From positions 62,001 through 126,000 of the IMG/VR virus record IMGVR_UViG_3300031787_007614: 64,000 nt of DNA. The stretch is one strand, 5' to 3'. A program made the position numbers and the translations under genes. The notes under the pieces are model-generated. The model did no database searches. It had not been told where the DNA came from and was given only the letters and a program-made list of their open reading frames with translations. This document shows positions 54,713 through 62,876 of this stretch, piece after piece; the first letter of the stretch is position 1; every line of letters starts with the position of its first letter.

Positions 54713-55077
54713 CGGGCCTGTCCATTTCTCAACACAAACAACATGCGGTCCTGTGGATCACGGAACCACCATACCATTTCATTCACATTGATTTCAGTGA
54801 TATAACGATCACCGGGCAGGCCAAACGTTTCAATACCCCATGTGGCCACTTCGTCCCACTTGGTTATGGTGTCGTAGGGTCTGCCCCAGGCCAGGTGTGC
54901 TCCGTGTGAAAAATCAGGGTCTTGCAAGCCAGTCCGCTCGGATAATGCTATCGCACTTGACCCAATCTCGTTCGTAATACAGTCGATTGTCTTGTATGTT
55001 GAAGTGATTGCAGAAACTTTGTCCATATCTGATATTGACCAATGCGTCCCAAGTGTATTCACGCTGCCATTGTTCAT
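54685..55077 (-). CDS. small protein of the F-x-L-x-W motif family (true start probably near 54927)
   Basis: WGIETFGLPGDRY...WWFRDPQDRMLFVLR. Confidence 0.6.
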   Translation of the reverse strand: MNNGSVNTLGTHWSISDMDKVSAITSTYKTIDCITNEIGSSAIALSERTGLQDPDFSHGAHLAWGRPYDTITKWDEVATWGIETFGLPGDRYITEINVNEMVWWFRDPQDRMLFVLRNGQARCIELSLQT

Positions 55078-55222
55078 AGAGTTCTATGCTGACACTATTG
55101 TCTTCAGTTGGTAAATGATATTCTGTAGTCATGTCATTGACCATATTTGCAAACACAGTTTCGCCCATACACACCTTTAGAGTTAAAAAATCAATCCCAG
55201 AGATTCTGATAGTACCGACCAA
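54914..55222 (-). CDS. hypothetical protein (start uncertain)
   Basis: RYGQSFCNHF motif. Confidence 0.6.
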   Translation of the reverse strand: MVGTIRISGIDFLTLKVCMGETVFANMVNDMTTEYHLPTEDNSVSIELYEQWQREYTWDALVNIRYGQSFCNHFNIQDNRLYYERDWVKCDSIIRADWLARP

Positions 55223-55919
55223 ACAAGCGGAAGCCGTTTTGAATACGCTCCTCTACTTTTTTCATACCATCGTAATCGCATTTGTAGGTATCATTAGGAC
55301 CATGTCTCATTTCAGTGTACTTGTGTTCACCTTTGGGCACTTCATTACCGTCTGCATCCACAGGCACCCACAGTATGTCATGCTCACCTTCACGGAACGC
55401 ATCTTGCCATGAGTCATCTACCTTGCATTCAAACGCAAAAATCATTTCATCCATGACCCAGTTCCAGCGAGCAAAGTGGTTGCTATCAGTGTCATACTCG
55501 TTTTCTTTGGGGGCCGCTTCGGTACTGCGTAGGCCAATTCCTTCGGGCACATCTGAATCATCCACAAATCCAGCGCCGTGTTGTTTTTCTTTCAGTTGTT
55601 TCAGCATGGGCAACACAATATCAGCAAGAGTGTGATCCATGCTCCAGGTGTCATAGCGATCAATCTTCACATACTTGATAGCCGGATGCACACGATCCCA
55701 TACCCATTGAATTGCACGACTGACGGGTGTAAGGCGGTCCGCCCACTTTTCCGCCCACTCTGGACGTTCAATGTATTTGTGTTTGCGTTCTTCTTCTAGT
55801 GAACGGATCACAGTTTTATCACGAGCACACTTTGACCAGTCAGTCCAGAAAAACGCATAGTCTAGCATGGTGTAAGGTGAGATCCAATGATCTCTATAAC
55901 CGCTAATGTAAACCTTCAT
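55191..55919 (-). CDS. hypothetical phage protein
   Basis: YVKIDRYDTWSMDHTLA, GFRLFGRYYQNLWD; AAGGAG RBS. Confidence 0.8.
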   Translation of the reverse strand: MKVYISGYRDHWISPYTMLDYAFFWTDWSKCARDKTVIRSLEEERKHKYIERPEWAEKWADRLTPVSRAIQWVWDRVHPAIKYVKIDRYDTWSMDHTLADIVLPMLKQLKEKQHGAGFVDDSDVPEGIGLRSTEAAPKENEYDTDSNHFARWNWVMDEMIFAFECKVDDSWQDAFREGEHDILWVPVDADGNEVPKGEHKYTEMRHGPNDTYKCDYDGMKKVEERIQNGFRLFGRYYQNLWD

Positions 55920-55934
55920 TTGTTAACTCCTTAA

Positions 55935-56036
55935 TTATTTACACTTGTGATTTGAATGCCATGTTCCGTCTCGGAGCGTTTGAGAGAAGCGATCCCAACA
56001 CTTGGGGCAATACATTTTTGCAGTGTGATACTTCAT
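55935..56036 (-). CDS. 33-aa CxxC microprotein (not in ORF track)
   Basis: MKYHTAKMYCPKCWDRFSQTLRDGTWHSNHKCK*; ATGA-coupled. Confidence 0.45.
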   Translation of the reverse strand: MKYHTAKMYCPKCWDRFSQTLRDGTWHSNHKCK

Positions 56037-56230
56037 TCTTTTACCTTTTGCGGATAATAATATTGACATTCATGACGATAAGGAAACCAATCTCCTGCCA
56101 TGCCACCCAAGTGTTGTAAAGCACAACGAGCTCGATCTTCTACGTGATTCATCTTGGCAATCCAAGGCGTTGCTGTTTGAGCCACAATATACTGCTTGAG
56201 ATAGCAAAAACTTTGTTCACGAGGCAACAT
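56033..56230 (-). CDS. hypothetical protein
   Basis: 65 aa, TAATG-coupled. Confidence 0.55.
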   Translation of the reverse strand: MLPREQSFCYLKQYIVAQTATPWIAKMNHVEDRARCALQHLGGMAGDWFPYRHECQYYYPQKVKE

Positions 56231-56436
56231 TACCAGCTTCCATCATCTACCCAAAAACGCACAGTCACAAACAACCAACTTGCACGCCAGGTGCGTTCGT
56301 TGGGACTGGGCCAGCCATCATTATATTCACGGCGAGCCCGCGGCATCAAGCTCCAATGCAGTGGGTTCAGTGAAACAATCACTGCGGCACCACTGTATCG
56401 AATCCACTTTAGATATCTACTGTGATCAGTTGCCAT
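56230..56436 (-). CDS. hypothetical protein
   Basis: LNPLHW...WVDDGSW. Confidence 0.65.
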   Translation of the reverse strand: MATDHSRYLKWIRYSGAAVIVSLNPLHWSLMPRARREYNDGWPSPNERTWRASWLFVTVRFWVDDGSW

Positions 56437-57296
56437 CTGTCTGCTGATTCCTCATAGTTAATATAGCCTCTGGGATTGCACACCACACGGGTTGACCCAA
56501 TCCGGTAGTCAAAGTCGTGATGTGTGTGCCCATGTGTCCACAGTTTGATCTGTGGATGATCGATGATGTAGTCATCTAGACTGCTGGAGTAGCCACCATT
56601 CATGACGGCATCATCTGCATACCGCGCATGAGTTGACATCCTGCTGGGTGCATGATGTCCTGCCACCACAAACTTTTGATCAAACTTGCCTTCGACAATT
56701 TGCTGAATATAACTGGTAAACTTTTTAAATTCATCCACAGCATCCTCAGGCGAAAACTTGCCCACACGCTCACGGAATACAGGTCGTTCTCTATTGTCCA
56801 CACCGTTGATCTGCTCGTAGGTTTTGTAGTTGACAACTCTGTTGCTGTTGGTTACACAGCGGAAGTCATTCATCATGCTCTTCATGTGATACAGTGTGGT
56901 GGGATCTTCTTTATTCATGTCTGTCCACAAGGTGCCACCAATGAAAGTGACATCATCAATCTGTTTGATTTCATTGTCCAACAGGTAAACATTACTCAGC
57001 ATGTTTGACTCCAACATGCTCTTGATCTTGTTGTAAGTGGTAGCAAAGTCTCCATGGTAGTGTTCGTGGTTGCCCAAGATATAAATCACATGCGGAAACT
57101 GAAACGAACAACGTTTGAAAAAATCCACAATTCTATTGCTTCTAGCACTTTCCAAAATGCCATGCGGGTCCGGGCGGCTAATATCAGCCGCAACACAAAT
57201 GTCGCCTGACAGGATCAACACATCAGCATGGTCCTTGTTGTCAAAATACAAGTCTCCAAATTCAAGATGCAGATCCGACGCTACTGCTATTTTCAT
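56409..57296 (-). CDS. calcineurin-like metallophosphoesterase
   Basis: SDLHLE, SGDI, GNHEHY, HHAP, HGHTH, NPRGY. Confidence 0.92.
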   Translation of the reverse strand: MKIAVASDLHLEFGDLYFDNKDHADVLILSGDICVAADISRPDPHGILESARSNRIVDFFKRCSFQFPHVIYILGNHEHYHGDFATTYNKIKSMLESNMLSNVYLLDNEIKQIDDVTFIGGTLWTDMNKEDPTTLYHMKSMMNDFRCVTNSNRVVNYKTYEQINGVDNRERPVFRERVGKFSPEDAVDEFKKFTSYIQQIVEGKFDQKFVVAGHHAPSRMSTHARYADDAVMNGGYSSSLDDYIIDHPQIKLWTHGHTHHDFDYRIGSTRVVCNPRGYINYEESADRWQLITVDI

Positions 57297-57669
57297 TCAT
57301 TTCTTTCAATTGCTTTTTGAGCACTGTTAGGGCTGACTCATCACCATTGTAAATTGCGGCACTTTTGCTGGGGAACCGTTCACGGAACCGTTCGCGTATT
57401 TCTTCCAAGTCCCGACCCTGACACACAAACACCATGGTCTGTGCATTGTAGCACAAAAATTGATCTCCGTCAACCTCTACTGTGAGTGCAATTAGCTTTT
57501 CCTCTTCAAGGTCCTGGGCAATGTCACCCAGTTCTTCCGCCATTCGGGCTTCAATTCGAGCCTCAATTCGTCGGGCTATCCAAAACACCAACAAGTTGAA
57601 TGCCATAATGACCAGGGCCGTTACCATTGCCACTTCGCCCAACCACATTAAAAATTCAGCAATTTCCAT
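57262..57669 (-). CDS. membrane-anchored hypothetical protein
   Basis: N-terminal TM helix; FVCQG motif; TAAATA upstream. Confidence 0.7.
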   Translation of the reverse strand: MEIAEFLMWLGEVAMVTALVIMAFNLLVFWIARRIEARIEARMAEELGDIAQDLEEEKLIALTVEVDGDQFLCYNAQTMVFVCQGRDLEEIRERFRERFPSKSAAIYNGDESALTVLKKQLKEMNENSSSVGSAS

Positions 57670-57682
57670 AGTATATTTACTT

Positions 57683-57997
57683 TCAGCCTCGCATGGATTC
57701 TAGGGTGATCATCTTGCCCAATTCACGCTCAAAGTCCAGTTCGTCGTGAATCACATACAGTCTGTGCGTGTGGCGATCAGTCTTGTGATCATAAGTGCGG
57801 AATGTAATGATCTTGCCGCCCATGGCGTTGCGCACTGTGATGTTGAGTCCTTGCTCACTGTCTATATCATCGGATCCTCTTAGCAGTCGAGATACTTTGC
57901 TTCCACGCACAGTGTCTACTGGCACGTTGCCATCGCGGAGATCACGGTTGAAATCCCAACCCCACTTCATGATAAAACTCCAAATGTACCTAATCAT
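57683..57997 (-). CDS. hypothetical protein
   Basis: start MIRYIW; AMGGKII...LYVI. Confidence 0.65.
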   Translation of the reverse strand: MIRYIWSFIMKWGWDFNRDLRDGNVPVDTVRGSKVSRLLRGSDDIDSEQGLNITVRNAMGGKIITFRTYDHKTDRHTHRLYVIHDELDFERELGKMITLESMRG

Positions 57998-58449
57998 ACG
58001 CCAGCCTTTCTGTTTGCCAAATATTGTTCCCACTGCACCCATTGATTACGAACCAAGAAGCCCCAGTCTCTTTGCTTGATACCGGGCATGAACAAGGTCC
58101 AACATTCTACCGCCGGATCCAATTCAACTCTGTGATAGGTATTGGCACCTGCACATCTAAAACTGCCCGCACCACACCAACGAGCCACTTCGTTGATCTT
58201 CATACCATTCTCATCAAACTGTGGGCGCCATTCCCAGTATCCACCTTTGAGGATCAAGGTGGCATAGGGCCATGGATGATCATGCACATCGTCTGGATCT
58301 GACTTTAGAAACTTGTGTACAAACACATTGAATGGGAATCGTTTTCGATCCTTGAGAAACACATAGTAGCGTTCCAAATACGGCTCACCATTCACACGGT
58401 CCATGATTATGCGATATCGACCCAAACGCTGGAAGAATTTTTTAAGCAT
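57994..58449 (-). CDS. cupin-fold protein
   Basis: YLERY, HKF..SD.D..HDHPW, GGYWE, HRV, WTLF, WGF. Confidence 0.75.
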   Translation of the reverse strand: MLKKFFQRLGRYRIIMDRVNGEPYLERYYVFLKDRKRFPFNVFVHKFLKSDPDDVHDHPWPYATLILKGGYWEWRPQFDENGMKINEVARWCGAGSFRCAGANTYHRVELDPAVECWTLFMPGIKQRDWGFLVRNQWVQWEQYLANRKAGV

Positions 58450-58455
58450 ACAGCT

Positions 58456-58484
58456 ATTATACAGGAAAAGTCAATTTCAGTCAA
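58456..58484 (-). promoter_or_regulatory. sigma70-type promoter (leaderless transcript)
   Basis: TTGACT-N17-TATAAT; ATG 6 nt downstream. Confidence 0.7.
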
Positions 58485-58485
58485 G

Positions 58486-58513
58486 AAAAAGCCCTACCGT
58501 AAGTAGGGCTTTT
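58486..58513 (-). terminator. intrinsic terminator
   Basis: AAAAGCCCTAC-ttacg-GTAGGGCTTTTT. Confidence 0.8.
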
Positions 58514-58551
58514 GTCAGTGTGTCCAGTGGGATTTGGACAGCGAGTTTGGT

Positions 58552-58818
58552 TTAGGCCAAACCAAGAGCCATTGCTTTGTAACCAGCGGCTACCAACTTG
58601 CGTGAAGGCTTGCCAATCACGTACTCGGTAACTTGCAGGCCATTGCCGGCTTTACGGCTGTTGGCATACACGGCAAAGCCGGCTTGACGAACACGGCTGA
58701 CTTCAGCACTCATGTTCTTGATGCCAAATCGCTTTTCAGCGGCAGCAGGGGTAATTGCTTCGCCATTTTGCAAGGCGGTGAACAATTTAAAGGTTTTGGT
58801 GGTTTCACTAATACGCAT
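58552..58818 (-). CDS. winged-HTH-like DNA-binding protein
   Basis: LQNGEAIT...RFGIKN.SAEVSRVR..GFAVY...Y.IG.PSR. Confidence 0.65.
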   Translation of the reverse strand: MRISETTKTFKLFTALQNGEAITPAAAEKRFGIKNMSAEVSRVRQAGFAVYANSRKAGNGLQVTEYVIGKPSRKLVAAGYKAMALGLA

Positions 58819-58860
58819 TTTTATCTCCTATAAGTGTAGCTGTTGCGTCAGCATTTCACT

Positions 58861-58889
58861 ATTATATAGGATCCTTGTTGTAAATGCAA
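58861..58889 (-). promoter_or_regulatory. sigma70-type promoter
   Basis: TTGCAT-N17-TATAAT. Confidence 0.65.
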
Positions 58890-59029
58890 CACAGTTTGGC
58901 AAGTCATTTGCCAAAGTATTTTAGATTGGCAACATGCCCAAACTCAGTAAACCCTTTGCCAGGCTGCCGCGTTATATATGTGTAGCCAGGAAGGTCTTGG
59001 TCTACAAGTTTCTAACTCAAGGAGATACC

Positions 59030-59233
59030 ATGAAACAATTGATCGCTCTCATTGCCGCTGCCGTTGCAGTTACCGCTTTTGCCCAGGCACCTGCTGCCAA
59101 AAAAGAAGAAGCCAAAAAGCCTGCTGACAAGGTTGAAGCCAAGGCACCTGCTGCCGCTCCTGCTGCCGCTCCTGCTGCCGCTCCTGCACCAGCTGCCAAG
59201 AAAGATGAAAAGAAAGCCGACGCCAAGAAGTGA
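59030..59233 (+). CDS. small secreted Ala/Pro/Lys-rich protein
   Basis: AAGGAG RBS; signal peptide MKQLIALIAAAVAVTAFA; (PAAA)n repeat. Confidence 0.8.
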   Translation: MKQLIALIAAAVAVTAFAQAPAAKKEEAKKPADKVEAKAPAAAPAAAPAAAPAPAAKKDEKKADAKK

Positions 59234-59452
59234 ATCCTGGTTCGTAGGCCCCACCTAGTTCTCATTGATCCCAATCTGCTAGATGATTCTGAAGTAATTG
59301 ATTATGGCGAATTTGGTCTGCACCGTGGGTATTCAAGACCCAGAATGGTACAAGACTCAGACAACGATGAAGAAGTTTCAGACCATGTGGCAGTTAGACT
59401 GTGGATTGCAAGGCTCAGGGCCATGGAAAAGTTTCGTGAAGTAACTTCATAA
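59234..59452 (+). CDS. probable 72-codon gene lacking a canonical start, in frame with the upstream gene
   Basis: open frame ILVRRPHLVLIDPNLLDD...VRLWIARLRAMEKFREVTS* ending just before a terminator. Confidence 0.45.
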   Translation: MLVRRPHLVLIDPNLLDDSEVIDYGEFGLHRGYSRPRMVQDSDNDEEVSDHVAVRLWIARLRAMEKFREVTS

Positions 59453-59461
59453 GATTTTGCC

Positions 59462-59485
59462 AAAAAGCCCGCTTCGGCGGGCTTT
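59462..59485 (+). terminator. intrinsic terminator (UUCG hairpin)
   Basis: AAAGCCCGC-TTCG-GCGGGCTTT. Confidence 0.8.
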
Positions 59486-59538
59486 GTCATTTTAGTTTAA
59501 CATACAAAGATATAAATAGGCTTATAACATAAGAGAGC

Positions 59539-59976
59539 GTGACTATGTTGCATACCATAACAACACCCGATGACGGTTTGATCACATTGATCAAAGATGA
59601 CCCAGTGCGTCCTGAAATTCCAGCCAGTGATCGTGTGAATTCAAACTCTAGAATTTACGTTTGGAAACAGGATGACCAACCTGCGGCCGTGGTGTGTGTG
59701 AAGTTTTTGGAAAGCATTCCAGCCGCAGTAGACGACATGGTTGACTTGGTCGGGAGTGCCACAACTGCGGTATTTTACACTATTTGGTCATACACTGCTG
59801 GCGCGGGTCGTACATTGATCTTGGAAGCTACTAAAAGCATTGAATCAGAGTTTCCGGGCATTGAAACTTATGTGACTCTAAGTCCAAAGACCGAAATGGC
59901 TCGAAAATTTCACCTGAAGAATGGTGCTCGAGAACTGCGAGAAAATTCTACCACCGTTAATTACATCTATAAGTAA
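59539..59976 (+). CDS. minimal malonyl-CoA decarboxylase-like GNAT-fold protein
   Basis: TAVFYTIWS, GAGR.LI, EFPGIETYVTLSP, FHLKNGA motifs; TATAAATA upstream. Confidence 0.6.
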   Translation: MTMLHTITTPDDGLITLIKDDPVRPEIPASDRVNSNSRIYVWKQDDQPAAVVCVKFLESIPAAVDDMVDLVGSATTAVFYTIWSYTAGAGRTLILEATKSIESEFPGIETYVTLSPKTEMARKFHLKNGARELRENSTTVNYIYK

Positions 59977-60048
59977 TTTTGCTCGTGTAGCAATCTTGTC
60001 CTGCAAGGGGCGGGGCTTGATCACACACACATTACACAGGAGAAAAAC

Positions 60049-60276
60049 ATGAGCAAAACACCTTACGAGATCCGTCTCGAACTTCTTACCTTGGCCAAGG
60101 AAATCCTCCAGGCGCCAATTTACGAAAAACGCAGTGAACTTACCAATGAATATCATTCCAAGTTGACCGACGCAAACCGTGAACACTTACCGTTCCCAAC
60201 CATGCCAGACTTTCCGTCCACAACGGACATTATCAGCAAGGCAGAAGAACTCAAGAAGTTTATAGACCAAGCGTAA
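60049..60276 (+). CDS. hypothetical phage protein
   Basis: MSKTPYEIRLELL.LAK...P...DII.KAEELKKFI; AGGAG RBS. Confidence 0.75.
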   Translation: MSKTPYEIRLELLTLAKEILQAPIYEKRSELTNEYHSKLTDANREHLPFPTMPDFPSTTDIISKAEELKKFIDQA

Positions 60277-60281
60277 AAAAG

Positions 60282-60304
60282 AAAAGCCCCGCAAGGGGCT
60301 TTTT
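60282..60304. terminator. bidirectional intrinsic terminator
   Basis: AAAAGCCCC-GCAA-GGGGCTTTTT between convergent genes. Confidence 0.85.
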
Positions 60305-60322
60305 AGTTTGCGCTATCGGAGT

Positions 60323-60553
60323 TTACTTCTTGTTGAAGGACCAATAGATCACTGCCAATGCCACCAAACCAACCAAACCTTGAGAGCCTAAAGCACCCAC
60401 GAATTTGATAAGACTTGCGGTCACATCGATTGCCAAGAACGGAACTGCGGCACCAAAAAGGATTTGCAGAACCACGCCAGCGGCAATCAGCTTGATGCCG
60501 ATATCGATGATACCGACCAATAGGCCATTGGCCTTAGATAACACATTGTCCAT
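60323..60553 (-). CDS. small membrane protein
   Basis: hydrophobic; LGSQGLVGL; AAGGAG RBS. Confidence 0.7.
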   Translation of the reverse strand: MDNVLSKANGLLVGIIDIGIKLIAAGVVLQILFGAAVPFLAIDVTASLIKFVGALGSQGLVGLVALAVIYWSFNKK

Positions 60554-60659
60554 AAAATAGACTCCTTAAAAAAACAAGCCTCGAAGGCTTGCGGACAAAT
60601 ATTTAAGGAAGCAAAAGAGATCTGGCCCGTTTAGGCCAGATTATGGTGGGGTTTGGTCA

Positions 60660-61010
60660 TTAACTGCGCAGTTCTTTCACATGTTTACATTCACCACGGA
60701 ATTTGAACCCTGAACATGTGCAAGACCAGTTGCCGTTGATTTCAGTCAATTTGTAAACATCTCCCCGGCTGCCCTGCACTTCAATCACGCGACCTTCGGG
60801 CTCGGGTTCAGCCACTTGGGTTGGAAACTGCACAGGATTCACCATGAACTTGCGCCCACGCATGTCCATGCGGATGGGATTCCGAAACACTTTGATGCTG
60901 TTGGTCACTGGACTGCGGAAAGCATACATCTTGCTCTTGGAGTCATCCAACAGGTAAACGCCGTTCTTGATGGCATCCCGGTAGTCAGTTGTTTCGGCAA
61001 ACCATTTCAT
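60660..61010 (-). CDS. SWIM zinc-finger protein
   Basis: GSRG..Y...WSCTCSGFKFRGECKH. Confidence 0.75.
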   Translation of the reverse strand: MKWFAETTDYRDAIKNGVYLLDDSKSKMYAFRSPVTNSIKVFRNPIRMDMRGRKFMVNPVQFPTQVAEPEPEGRVIEVQGSRGDVYKLTEINGNWSCTCSGFKFRGECKHVKELRS

Positions 61011-61240
61011 ACCAATTCTCCTGTTGCATCGTTGACCTTGCCGTAGTAGACAGCCTCGAATCCGTTGCCGTTCTCAAGCCAACCATTTATGTTCCAGTTA
61101 TCACGGTGCTGGTTGTAGAATCCCGCCCACATGAGTGCATCTTCACGGGTGTTAAACTCTTCCTCACGCTTGACCTTGTACAGGTTGGGTTCACCAAGTT
61201 CCACGGGGTGGACATAAACGATGTGTACGTATTTTGTCAT
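61007..61240 (-). CDS. hypothetical protein
   Basis: 77 aa, ATGA-coupled. Confidence 0.6.
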   Translation of the reverse strand: MTKYVHIVYVHPVELGEPNLYKVKREEEFNTREDALMWAGFYNQHRDNWNINGWLENGNGFEAVYYGKVNDATGELV

Positions 61241-61389
61241 TCTTCAACTCCATACTTGGAAAGTTCTTCAAAGGTATCAATGGTGCCGTCTTCAATCAAT
61301 TCAATCAAGCAATTAAACTCGTCACGCTCACTAGAGCCAAACACTTCATCTTCCTGCTTGTAAGCAAGGGCTAGTAATTGTTCTTTCAT
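61237..61389 (-). CDS. 50-aa acidic protein (not in ORF track)
   Basis: MKEQLLALAYKQEDEVFG...SKYGVEE*; ATGA-coupled. Confidence 0.6.
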   Translation of the reverse strand: MKEQLLALAYKQEDEVFGSSERDEFNCLIELIEDGTIDTFEELSKYGVEE

Positions 61390-61502
61390 TTTGCCATGAT
61401 CCTTGACAACACTTCCTGCGCCGCGCTCAAGTCTGTGATGGCGAACTCCAAGGGTTCCCAGGCAGTGTAGGGCTGTGTCCAGCGGATGGTGTAGAGTGTC
61501 AT
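61386..61502 (-). CDS. 38-aa protein (not in ORF track)
   Basis: MTLYTIRWTQPYTAWEPLEFAITDLSAAQEVLSRIMAK*. Confidence 0.5.
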   Translation of the reverse strand: MTLYTIRWTQPYTAWEPLEFAITDLSAAQEVLSRIMAK

Positions 61503-61505
61503 TAT

Positions 61506-61649
61506 TTAGAGTCCGGTGTGGAAAGGGTTGCGTTTGCGAAGATGGGCCAGTGCGGCTTCTTTGGTTTCAAATCTACCACTAATGGGTGTTTGGTGTGCGC
61601 CGCGCACAATAAACCAACCTGCCAAAACGCTGTTATAGATAACTTTCAT
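61506..61649 (-). CDS. small hypothetical protein
   Basis: start MKVIYN; GWFIVRG.HQTPISGRF. Confidence 0.6.
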   Translation of the reverse strand: MKVIYNSVLAGWFIVRGAHQTPISGRFETKEAALAHLRKRNPFHTGL

Positions 61650-61650
61650 A

Positions 61651-61929
61651 TCACATGCTCCAGTAAGTTTCGCTGGCAGGGTTGCAACACCATGGAGTGT
61701 CTGCGTCAATTTCTACAGGCTTACCTGACATCAAATTGCGAACAGTGATCTTGGGTGCAACATAAGTGTCACGAGCAACAATGCTCAAATCATTCACTGA
61801 CCAACCTGCTTTATTGCAAAGACGAGTGCGAGTGGCATGGGCGGCACCAAAAGTTTTGTATGCACGGTTTTTAATAGGACCGTCTGTAACAATAAGACCT
61901 GTACCTTTTGCGACAATTACGTATGACAT
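61651..61929 (-). CDS. hypothetical early protein
   Basis: VRNLMSG...DTPWCCNPASETYWSM. Confidence 0.75.
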   Translation of the reverse strand: MSYVIVAKGTGLIVTDGPIKNRAYKTFGAAHATRTRLCNKAGWSVNDLSIVARDTYVAPKITVRNLMSGKPVEIDADTPWCCNPASETYWSM

Positions 61930-61932
61930 TTT

Positions 61933-61990
61933 GGGCTCCTTTTTGTTAAACTATGCTATATTATAGCAAATCGGGCATTATTGGTCAACC
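61933..61990 (-). repeat. early promoter/RBS repeat
   Basis: GGTTGACCAATAATGCCCGATTTGCTATAAT...AAAAAGGAG. Confidence 0.8.
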
Positions 61991-62218
61991 GAATGCTTTC
62001 ACAAGCCCCGTAAGTCCAATTGCTACACTTACAAGATTCACAAACATCTGTGGTTTATTTGCAACACGGATGCACCATATCAGAAACAGTATGGTTCCTA
62101 TAAAAAATGTAAGGATATTGTAGGGATAGGCCGCGGGCCCGATAGCGTTGAGGCTGTGCCCTGCTACAATAAACACGGCACCTGCCCACTGCAAAATTTC
62201 GTTAGTATCTAATTTCAT
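61985..62218 (-). CDS. small 3-TM membrane protein (probably leaderless)
   Basis: three hydrophobic segments; stop lies inside the repeat. Confidence 0.7.
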   Translation of the reverse strand: MKLDTNEILQWAGAVFIVAGHSLNAIGPAAYPYNILTFFIGTILFLIWCIRVANKPQMFVNLVSVAIGLTGLVKAFG

Positions 62219-62224
62219 ACCTTA

Positions 62225-62255
62225 ATTATAGCAGTTTGGGCATTATTGGTCAACC
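62225..62255 (-). repeat. early promoter repeat (no RBS)
   Basis: GGTTGACCAATAATGCCCAAACTGCTATAAT. Confidence 0.8.
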
Positions 62256-62277
62256 AAAAAGTAGTACTTTTGTAGTA

Positions 62278-62484
62278 CTACTTTTTGAGGATTTCGTAAA
62301 ATTGCTGGTTGAGCGCATCCATTTCCGCCTGACTCACGTAGAAGTCAGTACGGGGGTCATAGTAGGCACCCTCTTTGTTGTCATAATACAACACTCTGCC
62401 TGAGAAGTTGAACGGGCCTTCTAGCCCGGCACGAGCACTGTATTTTTCGCGCATGTTGTCAACTTCAAAGACTTTGTAACCCAT
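62278..62484 (-). CDS. hypothetical early protein
   Basis: GLEGPF...GRVLYYD.KEG.YYDP.TDFY. Confidence 0.75.
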   Translation of the reverse strand: MGYKVFEVDNMREKYSARAGLEGPFNFSGRVLYYDNKEGAYYDPRTDFYVSQAEMDALNQQFYEILKK

Positions 62485-62489
62485 TGCCA

Positions 62490-62545
62490 GCTCCTTTTGT
62501 GTCTGTATGCCCAAATTATAGCAAATTGGGAATTATTGGTCAACC
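62490..62545 (-). repeat. early promoter/RBS repeat
   Basis: GGTTGACCAATAATTCCCAATTTGCTATAAT...AAAAGGAG. Confidence 0.8.
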
Positions 62546-62607
62546 AGGCCGTTATATATTAGTAGAAACCATTAGTACTAGTGGTAAATACTGAGAAGGA
62601 GAAAACC

Positions 62608-62775
62608 ATGTCAGAACTAATGCAAAAATTAGTAGAACGCTTGGCCGAGATGTTTCCAGGCTCGGGCTACCAATCCCGATTGGAAGCATACATTGCCGGC
62701 AGACGTCCATGTGACGTATTTGATGTTGAACGATTCCAAAAAGAGTTCAGCCAAGAATTTAAAGGATTTTTATGA
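62608..62775 (+). CDS. small hypothetical protein
   Basis: TAAATA, AAGGAG RBS, MSELMQ start. Confidence 0.65.
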   Translation: MSELMQKLVERLAEMFPGSGYQSRLEAYIAGRRPCDVFDVERFQKEFSQEFKGFL

Positions 62776-62876
62776 TTGCTAAATTTTTTAATCGTGTGTT
62801 TGAACTGTTGGTAGCCTGGGGCGACACTGTGCATGAGTACAGAATGAGCCGCGCCAGTCGTACCTGGTACTATTAA
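62772..62876 (+). CDS. 34-aa protein (not in ORF track)
   Basis: [34 protein letters not shown]; ATGA-coupled. Confidence 0.5.
   Translation: MIAKFFNRVFELLVAWGDTVHEYRMSRASRTWYY

Noticed and set aside
59978-60045. tRNA-like start (GCTCGTGTAGCAA)
   Set aside because: No T-arm (GTTCRA), anticodon arm or matching acceptor stem; I found no convincing tRNA in the window by eye.
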